Shown: positions 9,812 through 18,870 of the stretch, one piece after another
How positions within the stretch are numbered: position 1 is the stretch's first letter
How the letters are laid out: every line of letters begins with the position of its first letter
DNA from: an uncultured Anaerolineaceae bacterium
GTDB taxonomy: Bacteria; Chloroflexota; Anaerolineae; Anaerolineales; Anaerolineaceae
Assembly (NCBI GenBank): GCA_964437595.1
Contig: CAYTHO010000008.1
Location: 27,427 to 91,426 of the forward strand
Reading direction: 5' to 3'
Length of the DNA stretch: 64,000 nucleotides
The notes under the pieces: generated by a model
Seen by the model: the letters and a program-made list of their open reading frames with translations, nothing else
The model's database searches: none
What the model was told of the DNA's origin: nothing
Program-made: the position numbers and the translations under genes

Positions 9812-11323
9812 ATGGCAGAACATGAGACAAACCGCTGGCGCAAAACAGGAGCGGCGGCGGTGCGTTCTGGGGAACGGCTGCTGGATGCGATCTTCTATTC
9901 CGGTACGGACCATTTCTCGCGGGTGGTAGGCTGGGCCTGGCTGGCTGGGCTGCTGCTGTTTGGCGTTTACCTGTGGGGGATATTTTACAGTTGGGGCAAT
10001 ATCTCGATGGATTTTCTGGATTGGGCTGAGGTGACCGGGCCGCGCTACGCGCTGTTAAAAGATGCGATCACCCGCGGCGAACTTCCGCTGCATGCGGGCA
10101 ACCTTACCGCGCTGCGCGGAGTGACCGACCGCTATTTTGCGATCCCAGATACGCCGTTTTCTCCGGAGATCATCGCCTTGCGTTACCTGGGAATCGGGCA
10201 GTACCTGTTTTTGGATACTTTGCTGTGGTACGGGGTTGGTTTTGTGGGGCTGGTACTATTGGGGCGAAAGTACAGGCTCTCGCCGCTGGTATTTGCGCTG
10301 CTTTTCCTACTGTTCAACTTCAACGGCATCCCAACCGGGCATCTGGCGGTTGGCCACTCGATTTATACGGCTTATTTCCTATTGCCTTACTTTGTATTGC
10401 TGGTAATGGAACTGCTGGAAAATGAGCAGGTCGGCTGGAAGTGGGTGCTGGGGTTTGCCGTGCTGCAGCTGGCTATCCTTCTGCAGGGGCTGTTTCACCT
10501 GTACGTGTGGTGCCTGATGTTCCTGGGCCTGCTGGCATTGTTCAACCTGCGCCTGCTGCGCCCGGTGATCTGGGCAGGGGTCTTCTCGGTACTGGTGGGG
10601 CTGCCGCGGCTGCTGCCTCCGGCGCTGATCGTGCAGAAAATCACCCATGAGTATTTAGGCGGCCCGGCCACGGTGACGGACCTGTTTGCCAGCCTGGTGA
10701 TGCTGCGCGACCCGGACCGGGCGATGGTGCTGCCGTCGCAGGTGTATCCGCTGCGCTGGTGGGAGCAGGATTATTTCATCGGGCTGCTGGGGCTGGCATT
10801 GGTGATTGGTTTTGGGGTGCTGGTGCCGCTGTGGCGCGACCGCTCCCGCAAGTCGGTGCATGTGCAGCTGCTGGTGGCCTGCCTGGTGTTCGCCATACTA
10901 ACCATTGGGCAGGTGTTTGGCGCAATCATCGAGCTGGTTCCCGTCCCGCCGATTACCGGAGAGCGGGTATCAGCGCGCTTCTTCGCTGTTCCGCTGGCGG
11001 CGCTGCTGGTGCTGGCGGCCATTTTCATGCAGCGAGCGTTGAATCAGCGCAAAATCCCTGCCTGGGTGCAGTTGATCCTGCTGGCTTTGAGCGGGGTGGT
11101 GTTCCACGATTTGAACCAGCATTTGCAGGCCTGGCGCATCCGCTACCTGGATGGGCTGGTGTACCTGTTCCCCAAGGTGCCGTTTGATGCAGCGCAGCAC
11201 ACCATCAGCAACCACCCCGACCCGCAGTACATTGCGCTGCTGGGAGGCGGCGCGGGGGTGGCCGTACTGGCATTGATCTTCCTGGTGGTGATGTCCTGGC
11301 GAACGAGGAAAGGAAAAGCTTAG
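9812..11323 (+). CDS. polytopic integral membrane protein, function unknown
   Basis: About 12 or more hydrophobic helices run through the whole length. An AAGGAG RBS precedes ATG 9812, and a TATAAT lies at 9767-9772. I recognise no catalytic motif. Confidence 0.6.
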   Translation: MAEHETNRWRKTGAAAVRSGERLLDAIFYSGTDHFSRVVGWAWLAGLLLFGVYLWGIFYSWGNISMDFLDWAEVTGPRYALLKDAITRGELPLHAGNLTALRGVTDRYFAIPDTPFSPEIIALRYLGIGQYLFLDTLLWYGVGFVGLVLLGRKYRLSPLVFALLFLLFNFNGIPTGHLAVGHSIYTAYFLLPYFVLLVMELLENEQVGWKWVLGFAVLQLAILLQGLFHLYVWCLMFLGLLALFNLRLLRPVIWAGVFSVLVGLPRLLPPALIVQKITHEYLGGPATVTDLFASLVMLRDPDRAMVLPSQVYPLRWWEQDYFIGLLGLALVIGFGVLVPLWRDRSRKSVHVQLLVACLVFAILTIGQVFGAIIELVPVPPITGERVSARFFAVPLAALLVLAAIFMQRALNQRKIPAWVQLILLALSGVVFHDLNQHLQAWRIRYLDGLVYLFPKVPFDAAQHTISNHPDPQYIALLGGGAGVAVLALIFLVVMSWRTRKGKA

Positions 11324-12513
11324 CCCGGTTTAATCCGCCCGATGAGATCTGCGGCCTGGAAGGGCCCCGGCTCGGCGATGACCTGGCGGGCGGCATCCAG
11401 GCCGCGGGACATATTCCACAGCAGCACGCCGCGCACGCGGTTGCCATCCAGGTAGTAGGCCGTCCCTTTGATGAAAGGTTCCTCCCAATCGTACACGATG
11501 GGCAGGCGCGGGTCGAGGTTGCCAACGGCATCATAATGCAGGTCGAATAAGGTGGAGTAAACGCTGGAGAGCGTTTCATAGCGGCCTGGCTGGCCGGCCA
11601 TGCCCTGACCGGCCAGCATACCGGTGAGGTTGGCGTTTTCCTCGTGTTCGGCGCGGATGCGCCTGCCGAGCACGGGATGGTAGTAATTGGCGGCATCGCC
11701 GGCAGCAAAGATGGCAGGCTGCGAGGTCCGCATGGACTCGTCCACATGGATGCCATCGCCGGTGACCAGCCCGGCGGCCTGGGCCAGGGCCACATTGGGG
11801 CGGATGCCCAGGCCGGCCACAACGCCATCCACCCGCAGGATTTCGCCCTGAGCGGTGGTGACGGTGACGCCAATTTCATCTGGCTCAATCGACTGCGCCA
11901 GGCGCCCCGCAAGCACCTGCACGCCGCGGGCCTGGAACGTCTCATTGAGATAATCGGAAATATCCTCTGGAAGGACGCGCGCGCCAATACCCGTCTCCGG
12001 GAAGATCATCACCACGTCTTTCTCCAGCCCGGCTAAGGCAGCGGCTATCTCTGAACCAACGAACCCACCGCCGATCACGGCGAAGCGATGCCCGGCCTCG
12101 GTCAGGGCGCGCAGGCGGTGATAGTCGGCCAGGGTGCGGAAGTAGATTACGCGCTCGCTGGGGGGACCGAGCTGGATGGGATCTCCGCCGGTAGCCAGGA
12201 GCAGGGAATCGTAGGTGAATTCTTCCCCCCGGCTGCCGGTGACGCGCTTTTGGTCCGGGTCCAGATCGACAACCGTGCACTCCAGGTGCAGGTCGACCCC
12301 CAGGCTGGCGGTGTTGCGCCAAATGCGGGAGAGCGGAAATGGGCGCGGGCCTTTTTTCCACAGGTTCTTTGAAAGGGGAGGCCGGTTGTAAGGCGGGTCC
12401 GGTTCGCGGCTGATCAGGCCAATGGGGCGGTCGGGGTCCACCTGGCGGATGCCGCGGGCCGCGCTGTCGGCGGCCATGCCGCCGCCGATGATGAGATAGG
12501 GGTAGTGCGTCAT
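11320..12513 (-). CDS. FAD/NAD(P)-dependent oxidoreductase (ferredoxin-reductase / AIF-like pyridine nucleotide-disulfide oxidoreductase family)
   Basis: Has two Rossmann dinucleotide motifs (YLIIGGGMAADSAA and FAVIGGGFVGSEIAAAL), plus TGD..V and AAGDAA. ATG 12513 overlaps the upstream stop (ATGA). The track's 501-aa version runs into the upstream gene. Confidence 0.85.
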   Translation of the reverse strand: MTHYPYLIIGGGMAADSAARGIRQVDPDRPIGLISREPDPPYNRPPLSKNLWKKGPRPFPLSRIWRNTASLGVDLHLECTVVDLDPDQKRVTGSRGEEFTYDSLLLATGGDPIQLGPPSERVIYFRTLADYHRLRALTEAGHRFAVIGGGFVGSEIAAALAGLEKDVVMIFPETGIGARVLPEDISDYLNETFQARGVQVLAGRLAQSIEPDEIGVTVTTAQGEILRVDGVVAGLGIRPNVALAQAAGLVTGDGIHVDESMRTSQPAIFAAGDAANYYHPVLGRRIRAEHEENANLTGMLAGQGMAGQPGRYETLSSVYSTLFDLHYDAVGNLDPRLPIVYDWEEPFIKGTAYYLDGNRVRGVLLWNMSRGLDAARQVIAEPGPFQAADLIGRIKPG

Positions 12514-13091
12514 GCTTCGCAGGTAGCGATGTAGTGGAGCAGGGCGCGGGTGAGCAGCGTATCGGCAGTGGAGCGGTGGGCGTTGGGCAGGCTGATGTGG
12601 CAGTGACGCCCGGCGGAGGCCAGGGAATGGTAGCGGTATGAGCGCCGGCGGGGGTCCCACTCGCCGTTGAATTCGGCGTACAGCTTGAGCAGATCGAAGG
12701 TAGTGAACTTTTCTTTCCAGGGCAGGCGGTAGCGCGTATGCGACTGCTGCATCATGCGCAGATCGAACTCCTCGTTGTAGATCACCACAAGGCGGCCAAA
12801 GAGTGCCGCGCGTACTTCGGGCCATACAACCGGCCAGGTGCGCGCACCGCGCACATCATCATTGGTGATGCCGTGAATGCTCGTGGAGTCGGGTGGAATG
12901 AGCTGGCTGGGTTTGACCAGGGAGCTGAATAGCACTTTTTCATCATCATCGATGATGGAGATTTCGATGATCTCATCCGTGCGCTCTAACCCGGTTGTTT
13001 CGGTATCCAGGTAGACGGGGCGCTTTTCAAGAATCGTTCGCGCGGTTTCAACGGCGCGGCGGCGGACAGCGGAGGAAGGTGAATTGATCAT
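12510..13091 (-). CDS. DEDDh 3'-5' exonuclease (DnaQ/epsilon-like)
   Basis: Exo I is VYLDTETTGL, Exo II is VIYNEEFDLRMM, and Exo III is NAHRSTADTLLT (H-x4-D). Confidence 0.8.
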   Translation of the reverse strand: MINSPSSAVRRRAVETARTILEKRPVYLDTETTGLERTDEIIEISIIDDDEKVLFSSLVKPSQLIPPDSTSIHGITNDDVRGARTWPVVWPEVRAALFGRLVVIYNEEFDLRMMQQSHTRYRLPWKEKFTTFDLLKLYAEFNGEWDPRRRSYRYHSLASAGRHCHISLPNAHRSTADTLLTRALLHYIATCEA

Positions 13092-13092
13092 A

Positions 13093-13974
13093 TTATGGCA
13101 GTTTCCACAGAGAAATTTCGTCCATCTTTACCGTAAAACCGGCGGTGTCATTCGCGGCGACCAGCGCGCCGAAGCTGCCCTGCGCATCGTAGGCGCTGTC
13201 AGTGATTTCCTGAAGCAGGATACCATTCGCGTACAGGGCAATCTTATTACCATTCGCCATCACGCCCAGGCGGTTGGTCTGGTTGGACCCGGCCAGGATG
13301 GCGCTGTTGGAGGTGAGCTGGATGAGCGCGCTGTCGGTCCCGGCCTGAAAATCGCGGGCATGCAGGTTGAAGCGCCCATCACAGGTCACGCCGAAGAAGT
13401 AGCCCGAGTCGGCGTTCGGCGCGCGGAATACCAGCCCATACATATCGGCTGCCAGGCAGGATTGTGGAATGAAAACAGCTTCCAGGTAGAAGTTGCGAGC
13501 GGGCTGGCTGTAGGTCAATGACCAGCCTGTCCAGCCGTTGGCGGCCAACCCGGTGAGCGCGAGCGCGCCGTTTTCCAGCACAACACGGGTGTTTTCGTTC
13601 TCGTACTGGTAGAAGGCCTTGCCCGAATCGAGCGTATTGCGCCAGGTGGGGCTGCCGAGTGCGCTTTTAGGATCGGTGGTAGAAACCGTTGGCGTGGCGG
13701 TAGGCTGGCTGGCGGGCGGCGCCTGGGTAGGGGCCGGTTCGGTTGGGGCAGTGGTGGGAGGCTGGGTGGTTGCCGTGCTGGCTGGAGCGGGTGTGGCAGT
13801 AGGTGCCGGGGGCTGGGTGGGAGCGGGTTGGGTATAGGTTGGCGCGGCGGTCAGCAGCATCGACACCTGGGTGGCAACCTCGTCGGCGGTAGGGGTGGCG
13901 GCAGCCGGCCCGGAGGGCAAATTGCAGGCTGTGAGCAGAAGAAGCAAGAGGATTGAAAGAGATTTTTGAAGCAT
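13093..13974 (-). CDS. secreted lipoprotein with Pro/Thr/Ala-rich linker and C-terminal beta-sandwich (ConA/LamG-like, tentative) domain
   Basis: Has a lipobox signal peptide (MLQKSLSILLLLLLTAC), a roughly 80-aa PT-rich low-complexity linker, and a roughly 190-aa beta-rich domain. The fold assignment is only a guess. Confidence 0.6.
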   Translation of the reverse strand: MLQKSLSILLLLLLTACNLPSGPAAATPTADEVATQVSMLLTAAPTYTQPAPTQPPAPTATPAPASTATTQPPTTAPTEPAPTQAPPASQPTATPTVSTTDPKSALGSPTWRNTLDSGKAFYQYENENTRVVLENGALALTGLAANGWTGWSLTYSQPARNFYLEAVFIPQSCLAADMYGLVFRAPNADSGYFFGVTCDGRFNLHARDFQAGTDSALIQLTSNSAILAGSNQTNRLGVMANGNKIALYANGILLQEITDSAYDAQGSFGALVAANDTAGFTVKMDEISLWKLP

Positions 13975-14112
13975 AGGCGCGTAACTCGATCGGGCTGTTC
14001 TTGAATTGATTTGAAATGCGTGTCTTCGAACCGGGCTTATCCGAACTTCGAAGGCAGGCTTGCGGGTTTATTATAGCCGGATTTACGCAATCTATAATAA
14101 AATGGACTGTAC

Positions 14113-14919
14113 ATGGACGAATTTATCTATATCGCCTTCTATAAACCTTATGGTGTGTTGACGGCCTTCACCGATGCGGAGGGCCGCGAAACACTCAAGA
14201 AGTATATTGACATTCCCGATATCTACCCGGCTGGGCGGCTGGATATGGACAGCGAAGGGCTGCTGCTGCTGACCAATGATGGGGGGCTGGCGCACCGCCT
14301 GACCGAGCCGCGTTATAACCATCCCAAAACGTACCTGGTGCAGGTGGAGGGGATCCCCACGGAAGATGCGCTGGCGAAGCTCGCCGGCGGCGTGGAGGTA
14401 AAGGGGGAGGTAACCCGGCGCTGCCAGGTAATGAGCGTGCCCGAGCCTGACCTGCCGCCGCGGGCAAAGCCGGTTACACCGCACGGTCCGTCAAGCTGGC
14501 TGCGCATCGTGCTGCGCGAGGGCAAGAAGCGCCAGATCCGGCACATGACGGCGGCAGTCGGGCTGCCAACGCTGCGTATTCTGCGCATAGCCATTGGGTC
14601 GGTGACGTTAAAAGAACTTCAACCGGGGGAGTGGCGGAATTTGACCCCGGTTGAAGTAGATGCGCTGAAGAGCCTGACAGCGGTTGGAAAACGGCCAATG
14701 ACTGGAAAGCAGCTGGCGGCTAAGAAGCCGGTGGATAAGCCGCCGGAAGCCAAGCAACCGGCGGCTAAGAAGCCAGCGGCTAATAAGCCGGAGACTAATC
14801 CACCGGGGATGAATCGACAGAAGGCTAAGGCTGAGGCTGAGAGAAAGCCTGGAGCGTCTTCAGGTAATAATCGGGGATCCCGATATCGAAGCGCTGGCCG
14901 TCGATCACCAGGCCGTTAA
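14113..14919 (+). CDS. pseudouridine synthase (RsuA/RluE family) with Lys/Pro/Ala-rich C-terminal tail
   Basis: YKPYGVLTAF..., catalytic GRLDMDSEGLLLLTNDG, and KTYLVQVEG...KKRQIRHM. The last roughly 80 aa are an AAKKP-type repeat tail. Confidence 0.85.
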   Translation: MDEFIYIAFYKPYGVLTAFTDAEGRETLKKYIDIPDIYPAGRLDMDSEGLLLLTNDGGLAHRLTEPRYNHPKTYLVQVEGIPTEDALAKLAGGVEVKGEVTRRCQVMSVPEPDLPPRAKPVTPHGPSSWLRIVLREGKKRQIRHMTAAVGLPTLRILRIAIGSVTLKELQPGEWRNLTPVEVDALKSLTAVGKRPMTGKQLAAKKPVDKPPEAKQPAAKKPAANKPETNPPGMNRQKAKAEAERKPGASSGNNRGSRYRSAGRRSPGR

Positions 14920-16753
14920 AGCCATCGATCTGGCGCAGGCGGTCGAGCGCGCCGGTAAGCTGGAACTCGCCGCGCTCGCGGACGTTGTTCTTGATATTGC
15001 TGTCCAGCAGGTCGAATAATTCGGGCTTGATCACGTACTGGCCGAAGACGGTCAGGTATTCGTCATCGGGGAGAGACGGCACGCGCAGGTTGGTCTGGGC
15101 GTAATCGAGGTTGGGTTTTTCAGCGAACTCGGTGATGCCGAGCAGCCGGTTATCGTCGATCCATACGCCGTTGACCACACCAAAGTTCGCGATCAGGTTC
15201 TGCGGGGTGCGTTTCAGCCCGACCACGCTGGTGCCATAGTGCTGGTAGGCATCCAGCATCTGCTGGGCGCAGGAAACGGGACCATTGGAGCGGTAGATAT
15301 GATCTCCGAGCATGAGCAGGAAGGGCTCGTCGCCAACGGCCTCGCGCGTGCTGTACACAGCATGGCCGAAGCCTTCCTGATTCTGCTGAATGACGTATGA
15401 AATGTGCTGGCCCATCTCCAGGATGCGGCGGGAATACTCCTGGAAGTGCGGGGGCAGCTTGTTGTAGTTCTCGATGGAGATCTGCCGGTTGAAGAAGGAT
15501 TGGAAGTCGTTCAGATCATCCTTTTGAACAATGATAATCACCTCTTCGATACCGGCCTGGAGGGCCTCTTCAACGATGATGAGGATGGCCGGTTTGGCAA
15601 TACCATCGCGGTCGATGACCGGGAAGAGCTCTTTCTTGGTGGCTTTGGTAGCGGGGAATAAACGGGTGCCGAAGCCCGCAGCGGGGATGACTGCTTTACG
15701 CACCTTGGGGCCGGAATGCAGGGTGAGCTTTAGCGCAGGCATGTGGAAATCACGCTTGAGGATTTCGATTACACGGTCCTGATCCTCGGGGCTTTTCACC
15801 AGGAACTGCGCTGTGCCATCGCCCTGCGAGCCAACGCCTTTACCGCCATAAATGTGCGGGCGCAGCGGTTCGTGGTTGAGCACTTTGTGCAGGACCGGGG
15901 CGCCCAACTCTTCGGGGCAGACCGGTGTGGCAAAGCTGTCAAAATACGACTGGGCTTCGACCATCACCGCTCCCAACTGCTCGGGGTCGGAATCCTCAAT
16001 CGCCCGAATCGCGCGGTGGACGATCTCTTTATTGATCGGCCCGAGCAGCTGCTGTACGTTGTGCTCGGTCTCATTTTCGGCGATGGGGAAGCAGCGGTTT
16101 AAGCGGTTGAGGATCTCCATGGTGTCTTTATGAGATTGGAGATCGACAACGACCAGGTGAAAATCGCGCTTAACCTGGATTTCCTTGGTTTCGAGCCGGT
16201 CACCGTCGAAGGTCATCAACACGGGGCGGTTGCCAAAAGCGCAGCCCTGGTCCATACGACCACAGCGGGAGGGGGTGGTGATTTCACCCTGGTAGGCCAG
16301 TTCCATCTCGCCGCGGATGGTGAGCTTGAGATCGTACATGCGGTTGAACGCCCGGGCGGTGAGCACGCTGATGGCGGCGCTCGACGAGAGGCCTTTCTTG
16401 ATCGGCATGTCAGTCTTATAGTTGTTGATTACCAGCCCGCGCACATGATAGTTGGTCAGCACCTGGTAAGCGACACCGGCGGCATAGCTAAAAAAGCCGC
16501 CCTTTTGCGCTTCTTCTTGCAGGGCATCGGCGCGCATCGGTATTTCATAAGGCCCCAGGGTTTTGCCATCCGGCATGCTGGATGTCAGAACGAGGGAATT
16601 CGGGTGCGGCTCGACTTCCGCATAAATGCCCTGATTCGTACCGCAGATCAGGGCATAACCTTTTTCGATCTCCGCATTGATGCGCCGGTATCCGCCGGCC
16701 CAATCGGAATGCTCACCGAGCAGGCAGATACGCCCAGGCACAAATAGTTTCAC
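14825..16753 (-). CDS. bifunctional GHMP-family sugar kinase / UTP-sugar-1-phosphate uridylyltransferase fusion
   Basis: The N-terminal roughly 340 aa carry GHMP motifs (PGRICLLGEHSDW, KKGLSSSAA). The C-terminal roughly 300 aa are GalU-like (KAVIPAAGFGTRLFPATKATKKELFPV..., GFGHAV, LLMLGDHIY). Confidence 0.8.
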   Translation of the reverse strand: MKLFVPGRICLLGEHSDWAGGYRRINAEIEKGYALICGTNQGIYAEVEPHPNSLVLTSSMPDGKTLGPYEIPMRADALQEEAQKGGFFSYAAGVAYQVLTNYHVRGLVINNYKTDMPIKKGLSSSAAISVLTARAFNRMYDLKLTIRGEMELAYQGEITTPSRCGRMDQGCAFGNRPVLMTFDGDRLETKEIQVKRDFHLVVVDLQSHKDTMEILNRLNRCFPIAENETEHNVQQLLGPINKEIVHRAIRAIEDSDPEQLGAVMVEAQSYFDSFATPVCPEELGAPVLHKVLNHEPLRPHIYGGKGVGSQGDGTAQFLVKSPEDQDRVIEILKRDFHMPALKLTLHSGPKVRKAVIPAAGFGTRLFPATKATKKELFPVIDRDGIAKPAILIIVEEALQAGIEEVIIIVQKDDLNDFQSFFNRQISIENYNKLPPHFQEYSRRILEMGQHISYVIQQNQEGFGHAVYSTREAVGDEPFLLMLGDHIYRSNGPVSCAQQMLDAYQHYGTSVVGLKRTPQNLIANFGVVNGVWIDDNRLLGITEFAEKPNLDYAQTNLRVPSLPDDEYLTVFGQYVIKPELFDLLDSNIKNNVRERGEFQLTGALDRLRQIDGFNGLVIDGQRFDIGIPDYYLKTLQAFSQPQP

Positions 16754-16852
16754 AGGATTTTCCTCCGCAGGTTATTCGATGTGTCTGCTGCAATTTTACG
16801 GTGATCAGCCGAATTATGCAACACGATCTATTGTATAATTCAACCACCCGGA

Positions 16853-18433
16853 ATGAAGACGTATATTGTCCAGCTTGAAGACCACGATGATGTAATATCC
16901 GCCCGGGATAAGATTTCCTGGAGCAAGGCCAGGCGCATCCTGCTGGTTTGGCCGCGCAGGGGGCGGGTTCTGGAAAGGCGCGTTGACCTCCAGCTCTTAC
17001 TGCGCTGCAGTCAGTCGTTGGGCGGGCAGCTTGCGCTGGTTACGCAAAGCAGCGCGGTGAAAGAACAGGCTGCCGAGCTGGGCATCCCGGTGTTCAGCGA
17101 TGCGCTGGAGGCGCAGGAAGCGAGCTGGCGGCGGCTGCGCAAGCGCAGCAAGCTCTCTTTGCGGAATGCGCGGTTGAAAAAGAGAAAGTTCTCCGATCCA
17201 CAAATGGTTCGGGTGGAGCGCCTGGCTGCGCTGCGAGACCGGCGGGCGGGTTTGGCGGCGCGCATGGCTGAAAACCTGTGGGTGCGGTTGGGAGCGTTTA
17301 CGCTGGGTATCGCGGCGTTTCTGATGCTGGCGCTGGCTTTTGTACCGGGCGCTGAGGTGGTCGTGAAACCAGAGCGGATTCCACAGCAGCTTGAGATGGC
17401 CGTTTGGGCCAACCCCGAAATCACCACGCCGAGCGTATCCGGCGGGCTGCCAGTAGAAACCATGCGGGTGGTTGTTGAAGGCCGAGACCAGGTGGAGAGC
17501 AGCGGGCAGCAAAAAATCCCCGATACGTATGCCACCGGCCTGGCAGTGCTGACGAACCTCACCGACCAGGGTGTAGAGGTTCCACAAGGCAGCATTCTAT
17601 TGACAACGTCTACCCCGCTGGTGCGCTTCATCACCACCGAAACGGTGAAGGTCCCGGCGGGGCCCGGCAAGGATAACTGGGTATCGATCCGGGCGGAAGC
17701 GCCGGGCAGCGCCGGAAACCTGCCAGCGGGTAAGATCCAGGCGATGGAAGGCGCGGTTGGGCTGCGCCTGCGGGTGAGCAACAGTGTGGCTACCAGCGGC
17801 GGCGGGGATCGATCCAGCCGGGCGCCGACTGCCGCGGATTACCAGGCCCTGCGGGCGAAGCTGATGGACAACTTGCGGGCGAATGCGCTGGAAGAAGCGC
17901 GGTCGCAGATCAAGCCAGGGCAGCGCCTGCTCGAGGGCGCGCTGAACCTGCGCGGCGTATTGGAAGAAAAGCGCGAGCCAGCCGAAGGCCAGCCTGCCGA
18001 CCGGCTGCAGTTATCCATGCAGGTGGAGTTCGCGGCATGGACGGTGCGCGAGGCAGACCTGCAGGCGGTAGCCCAGGCAGCGCTGGACGCCAACCGCGAT
18101 AAACTTTACCAGCCTGTACCCGGGTCGCTGAATATTATTTTCACCAGCGAGCCATCATTCACCGCGGGGAGCGCTGATACGGCAGGTGCTCAAGTGCAGG
18201 CCGCTGCTGGCGCAGGGGTGGCGCGGTGGACTATGCGGGTAGAACGGACCCTGGAAAAAAGCTGGACGCAGGAAAGCGTGGTTCAGTCGATCCAGGGGAA
18301 ACAGATGGCTGAAGCAAAGCAGATTCTGACGGCAGGGCTGCGGCTGCGTGAAGCGCCGCAGATTAATATATTTCCCGGCTGGTGGGGCTACCTGCCGTTC
18401 TTACCGGCGCGGATCGAGGTGATAAGCCAATGA
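16853..18433 (+). CDS. single-pass membrane protein with baseplate-J/gp47-like extracytoplasmic region (tentative)
   Basis: A cytoplasmic N-domain is followed by a TM helix (LGAFTLGIAAFLMLALAFV). The region VRFITTETVKVPAGPGKDNWVSIRAEAPGSAGNLPAGKI resembles baseplate-J family proteins. The stop overlaps the ruvX start (ATGA). Confidence 0.55.
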   Translation: MKTYIVQLEDHDDVISARDKISWSKARRILLVWPRRGRVLERRVDLQLLLRCSQSLGGQLALVTQSSAVKEQAAELGIPVFSDALEAQEASWRRLRKRSKLSLRNARLKKRKFSDPQMVRVERLAALRDRRAGLAARMAENLWVRLGAFTLGIAAFLMLALAFVPGAEVVVKPERIPQQLEMAVWANPEITTPSVSGGLPVETMRVVVEGRDQVESSGQQKIPDTYATGLAVLTNLTDQGVEVPQGSILLTTSTPLVRFITTETVKVPAGPGKDNWVSIRAEAPGSAGNLPAGKIQAMEGAVGLRLRVSNSVATSGGGDRSSRAPTAADYQALRAKLMDNLRANALEEARSQIKPGQRLLEGALNLRGVLEEKREPAEGQPADRLQLSMQVEFAAWTVREADLQAVAQAALDANRDKLYQPVPGSLNIIFTSEPSFTAGSADTAGAQVQAAAGAGVARWTMRVERTLEKSWTQESVVQSIQGKQMAEAKQILTAGLRLREAPQINIFPGWWGYLPFLPARIEVISQ

Positions 18434-18870
18434 GCCTGAATATGCGCGGGCGGGTGCTGGCAGTGGACCCGGGCGAAAAACGACTGGGCATCGCGGTCAG
18501 CGACCCTACGGCGACCATTGCGCGCCCGCTGCAGGTGTTGAAACACGTCTCCCGCGCAGTGGACGCGGCCATGATCGCCAGCCTGGCAGCCGAACAGGAG
18601 GCAGCGCGGATTATCGTTGGCGCGGCGCTGGATGATGAAGGAAATTCAACACCGCAGTCGCGCCACGCCGAGCGGCTGGCGGAAGCCATCCGCCAGCAGA
18701 CGGCCCTGCCAGTGGAACTGTGGGATGAGAGCGGAAGCACCCAGGCAGCGCGCAGCGCGCGCATTGCAATGGGCGTTTCGCGGCGCAAACGCAGCGGTCA
18801 CCTGGATGAGATGGCCGCAACGGTCATTTTACAAACTTACCTGGATGCACATGAACGAACAGAAACCTGA
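18430..18870 (+). CDS. ruvX: Holliday-junction resolvase-like nuclease RuvX/YqgF
   Basis: RVLAVDPGEKRLGIAVSD...IIVG...DEGNSTPQS...LWDESGST..A is the YqgF signature. ATG 18430 overlaps the upstream TGA. Confidence 0.9.
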   Translation: MSLNMRGRVLAVDPGEKRLGIAVSDPTATIARPLQVLKHVSRAVDAAMIASLAAEQEAARIIVGAALDDEGNSTPQSRHAERLAEAIRQQTALPVELWDESGSTQAARSARIAMGVSRRKRSGHLDEMAATVILQTYLDAHERTET

